A stretch of 64,000 bases of DNA from Octopus sinensis. Its lineage: Eukaryota. Below are positions 61,697 to 64,000 of this stretch, piece by piece. The number at the start of each line of letters is the position of its first letter. The first letter of the stretch is position 1. A program made the position numbers and the translations under genes. The notes beneath the pieces were generated by a model. The model worked only from the letters and a program-made list of their open reading frames with translations, was not told where the DNA came from and searched no databases. The DNA lies in NCBI RefSeq assembly GCF_006345805.1, contig NC_043002.1, positions 88,908,001 through 88,972,000 on the forward strand, read 5' to 3'.

Positions 61697-64000
61697 TTAA
61701 GGTACTCAAAGACCAAGTGGCAATGTTAAACTATGCAAGAGATCGAGTCAACCAGCTCAGACAACTGACTAACATTATAGAACAACTCAATACTAACAAA
61801 CCTGAAAAGAGTAAGATGTTTCGAAAGAACTTGAACACAAGCTTACAAAGTATTTATCTCTCTTTATTGAAACCAAGTAACAAGAAAATATCAATCTAAA
61901 ATACACAAAGATTATCATCAACAACTGAAACGAAGTAAAAATGTTTACTGTGTTAAGTATCTGATTATATTATGGCATCCACTCCACTGTGTGACTCGTT
62001 AAAATAGTGCAGAGTAAAGCAAATGCATGATTTACTATGTGACTATAATATAACAGACAGGCAATATTAACTATTCAAATTACCACGGTAAAAATGGGTC
62101 CACCAAAACATAAGTATTTCAGAAATACCAATGAATGAGGGAGAGAATGGATGTATATAAGATTATGTATTTATTTCTCTTAAAAGAAATAAATAAATAA
62201 AAAATTTTAAAAGCCAAGAACTTACTAGATAAAAACAATATCATTATCATCCATCATCACTATCACCACTATTTCTGGTTCAGTAATTATATTTCCAAAC
62301 GAGCTTCTCACCAACTATCTTAATTTATCAACAATTTATGAAATGTAAACGAACTTCATTAAGCCAGATCTACCTATCTCAATTCCAGTCTTTTTATGTT
62401 CCTGTCTCCATTAGCCACCTGCACAAATATCACTTTTCCACCCAGCTCACAGATCTATCCTCATCACATATCAACATTAATAGAGTCATCACATACCTAC
62501 ATACACTAATCAATGCCCAGCTACTTTCTCAGCTTCCCGGGATTCCCATTTCCCAAATTCAGATTTTGCAAGAATATTTAACATTGTAAAGTAAATCCAA
62601 GCTGATAGTTGTACTTGTTCTTACATGTTCTAAGAATCTCTTAGAGATTAAAATTAAAACACTATAGGAACAATGGCAATAAGGAATTAAGTTGTAACCT
62701 GCTACTACTTCCTATTGCATTTCGGATCTCACTTATAACAACTACCTACCTTCTATATATTTTTCATTTCTCTTTCTCAATTTACAAACCATTTTGAATA
62801 TTCTAAGTATTGACTTACAACCAGAAATAAGATGTAACCAAATATAAATGTCCTCAAACAGTTTTACTAAGAAATAACACACTCAAAGTACCTGGTACCA
62901 CTAGGTAAATGGAGAACAAGAGTGGGAGGCTAATAGATAAGATAAAGAGTGACTGTGCTGTGTGGGAATAATGGGAATGGAAGTCTAAGGAAACAGGAGG
63001 ATGCAGAGAAGAGGCAAGAAAGAAATTTCAAGATTTTGCTGTAAGAAAATACTTCTAGTACTAACTCTGGATTTTCAAAATTCATCCTTTCAGTATTTAG
63101 AGGAGACCAAGATAATCCAATTTATGTGACATCCCAGCTGGGGGTTAGATTCAGATAACATGGATATCTGCAGTGGTGACTGATAAAACACAAGCAATCA
63201 ATTAAGAAATCTGAGTTGGCAGTTCTATCGGTTAATCTTTATTTCAAACATCCTGCCACACTTAAAAGACAGCAAAAGATTTTTTTTTTTAATCTTACCC
63301 TATCCTTTCATTTTCCTAGCAGACCATCTGTCCTTTACATTATAATGATAGAAAGTAGAGGGTGAAAAAAAATATTCTCCATGTTTACATTTATCTTTCC
63401 AAACAAAGAAAGTGAGATTATTAAAATATCCAAGCTACAATAATAAATCCAGGAATTTGGGGATTACATTACATTATATATAGGTTAATCATTATCACTG
63501 GTTGTTTCTTTCAATAAATTAACTATTTGCTAATTAAGTATATAACATTCGCTGATAGTTCTCCTTAGAGTTGAAATGAAACGAAAGACTTCAGACCAAG
63601 ATGGAACTTTTGGAAAAACAAAAACTTTATGGGTAAATATAAAATATAGTAGAAAAATGCTTAAATGGCAATTCTAATTATATAATAATAACCAAATCAA
63701 TTATGATATAAAATATATATCATTATCATCCAATTGTCATTAGACCATGACCATACTGGAGTACTGATTTGAAGAGTTTATTCAAACAAGTTCCAGGAGC
63801 TTATTCTATCATTCTCTTTTGCTAAACTGGCTAGTTGCAAACGTTAAGAAACCAACACTAGTTGTCAAGTGTGCTGGAGGACAAACACACACCATATATA
63901 TATATATTTATAAAATATGAATTAGAGATAAAACCACTATTATGCAACTGAAACAGTGATAGACATAAACCAATACATAAATAACAAATAATATATATAT

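Noticed and set aside
61847-61924. 78-nt open minus-strand exon candidate
   Set aside because: Weak donor (TTT|GTAAGC) and low-information AT-rich translation; expected by chance
1-64000. 60-151 aa ORFs of the supplied track as host genes (e.g. 59140-59574, 13314-13769, 3111-3473, 45054-45359)
   Set aside because: Most lie in SINEs or microsatellites, recur as near-identical peptides in each SINE copy, or are poly-HT/CV/IY tracts; no recognisable host domain

Overview
Eukaryotic, AT-rich, repeat-saturated DNA. The SINE families, (ATT)n/(GAT)n tails and microsatellite density match my recollection of octopus (coleoid cephalopod) sequence; this is recognition, not a database result. There is no prokaryotic gene, operon, rRNA, functional tRNA or CRISPR array. 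I could not assign any ORF in the supplied track to a host gene: most are by-products of SINEs or microsatellites, and a few overlap decayed LINE ORF2 fragments. Supported content: about six tRNA-head or RTE-tail SINE families (my labels A-F, several copies with exact 12-18 bp target-site duplications, TSDs), RTE/RTEX and CR1-group LINE 3' fragments, piggyBac-like, hAT-Charlie-like and Merlin-like MITEs (several nested), and tandem repeats from 21 to 520 bp. Two or three short, phase-compatible minus-strand exon candidates (49991-50044, 36791-36832, weakly 22837-22852) suggest the window is mostly giant introns of an unidentified gene. Best leads: (1) a TSD-bounded RTE insertion joining an ORF2 3' end to an inverted RTE-5'UTR-like structured segment; (2) tandem hairpin/pseudoknot modules amplified inside SINE family B; (3) the candidate exon chain; (4) a hAT-Merlin nested insertion inside an ancient minisatellite; (5) a 52-bp array with 3-unit higher-order structure and an apparently perfect 520-bp duplication. 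I do not see firm evidence for a wholly new biological system. Coordinates of old, diverged copies are approximate.
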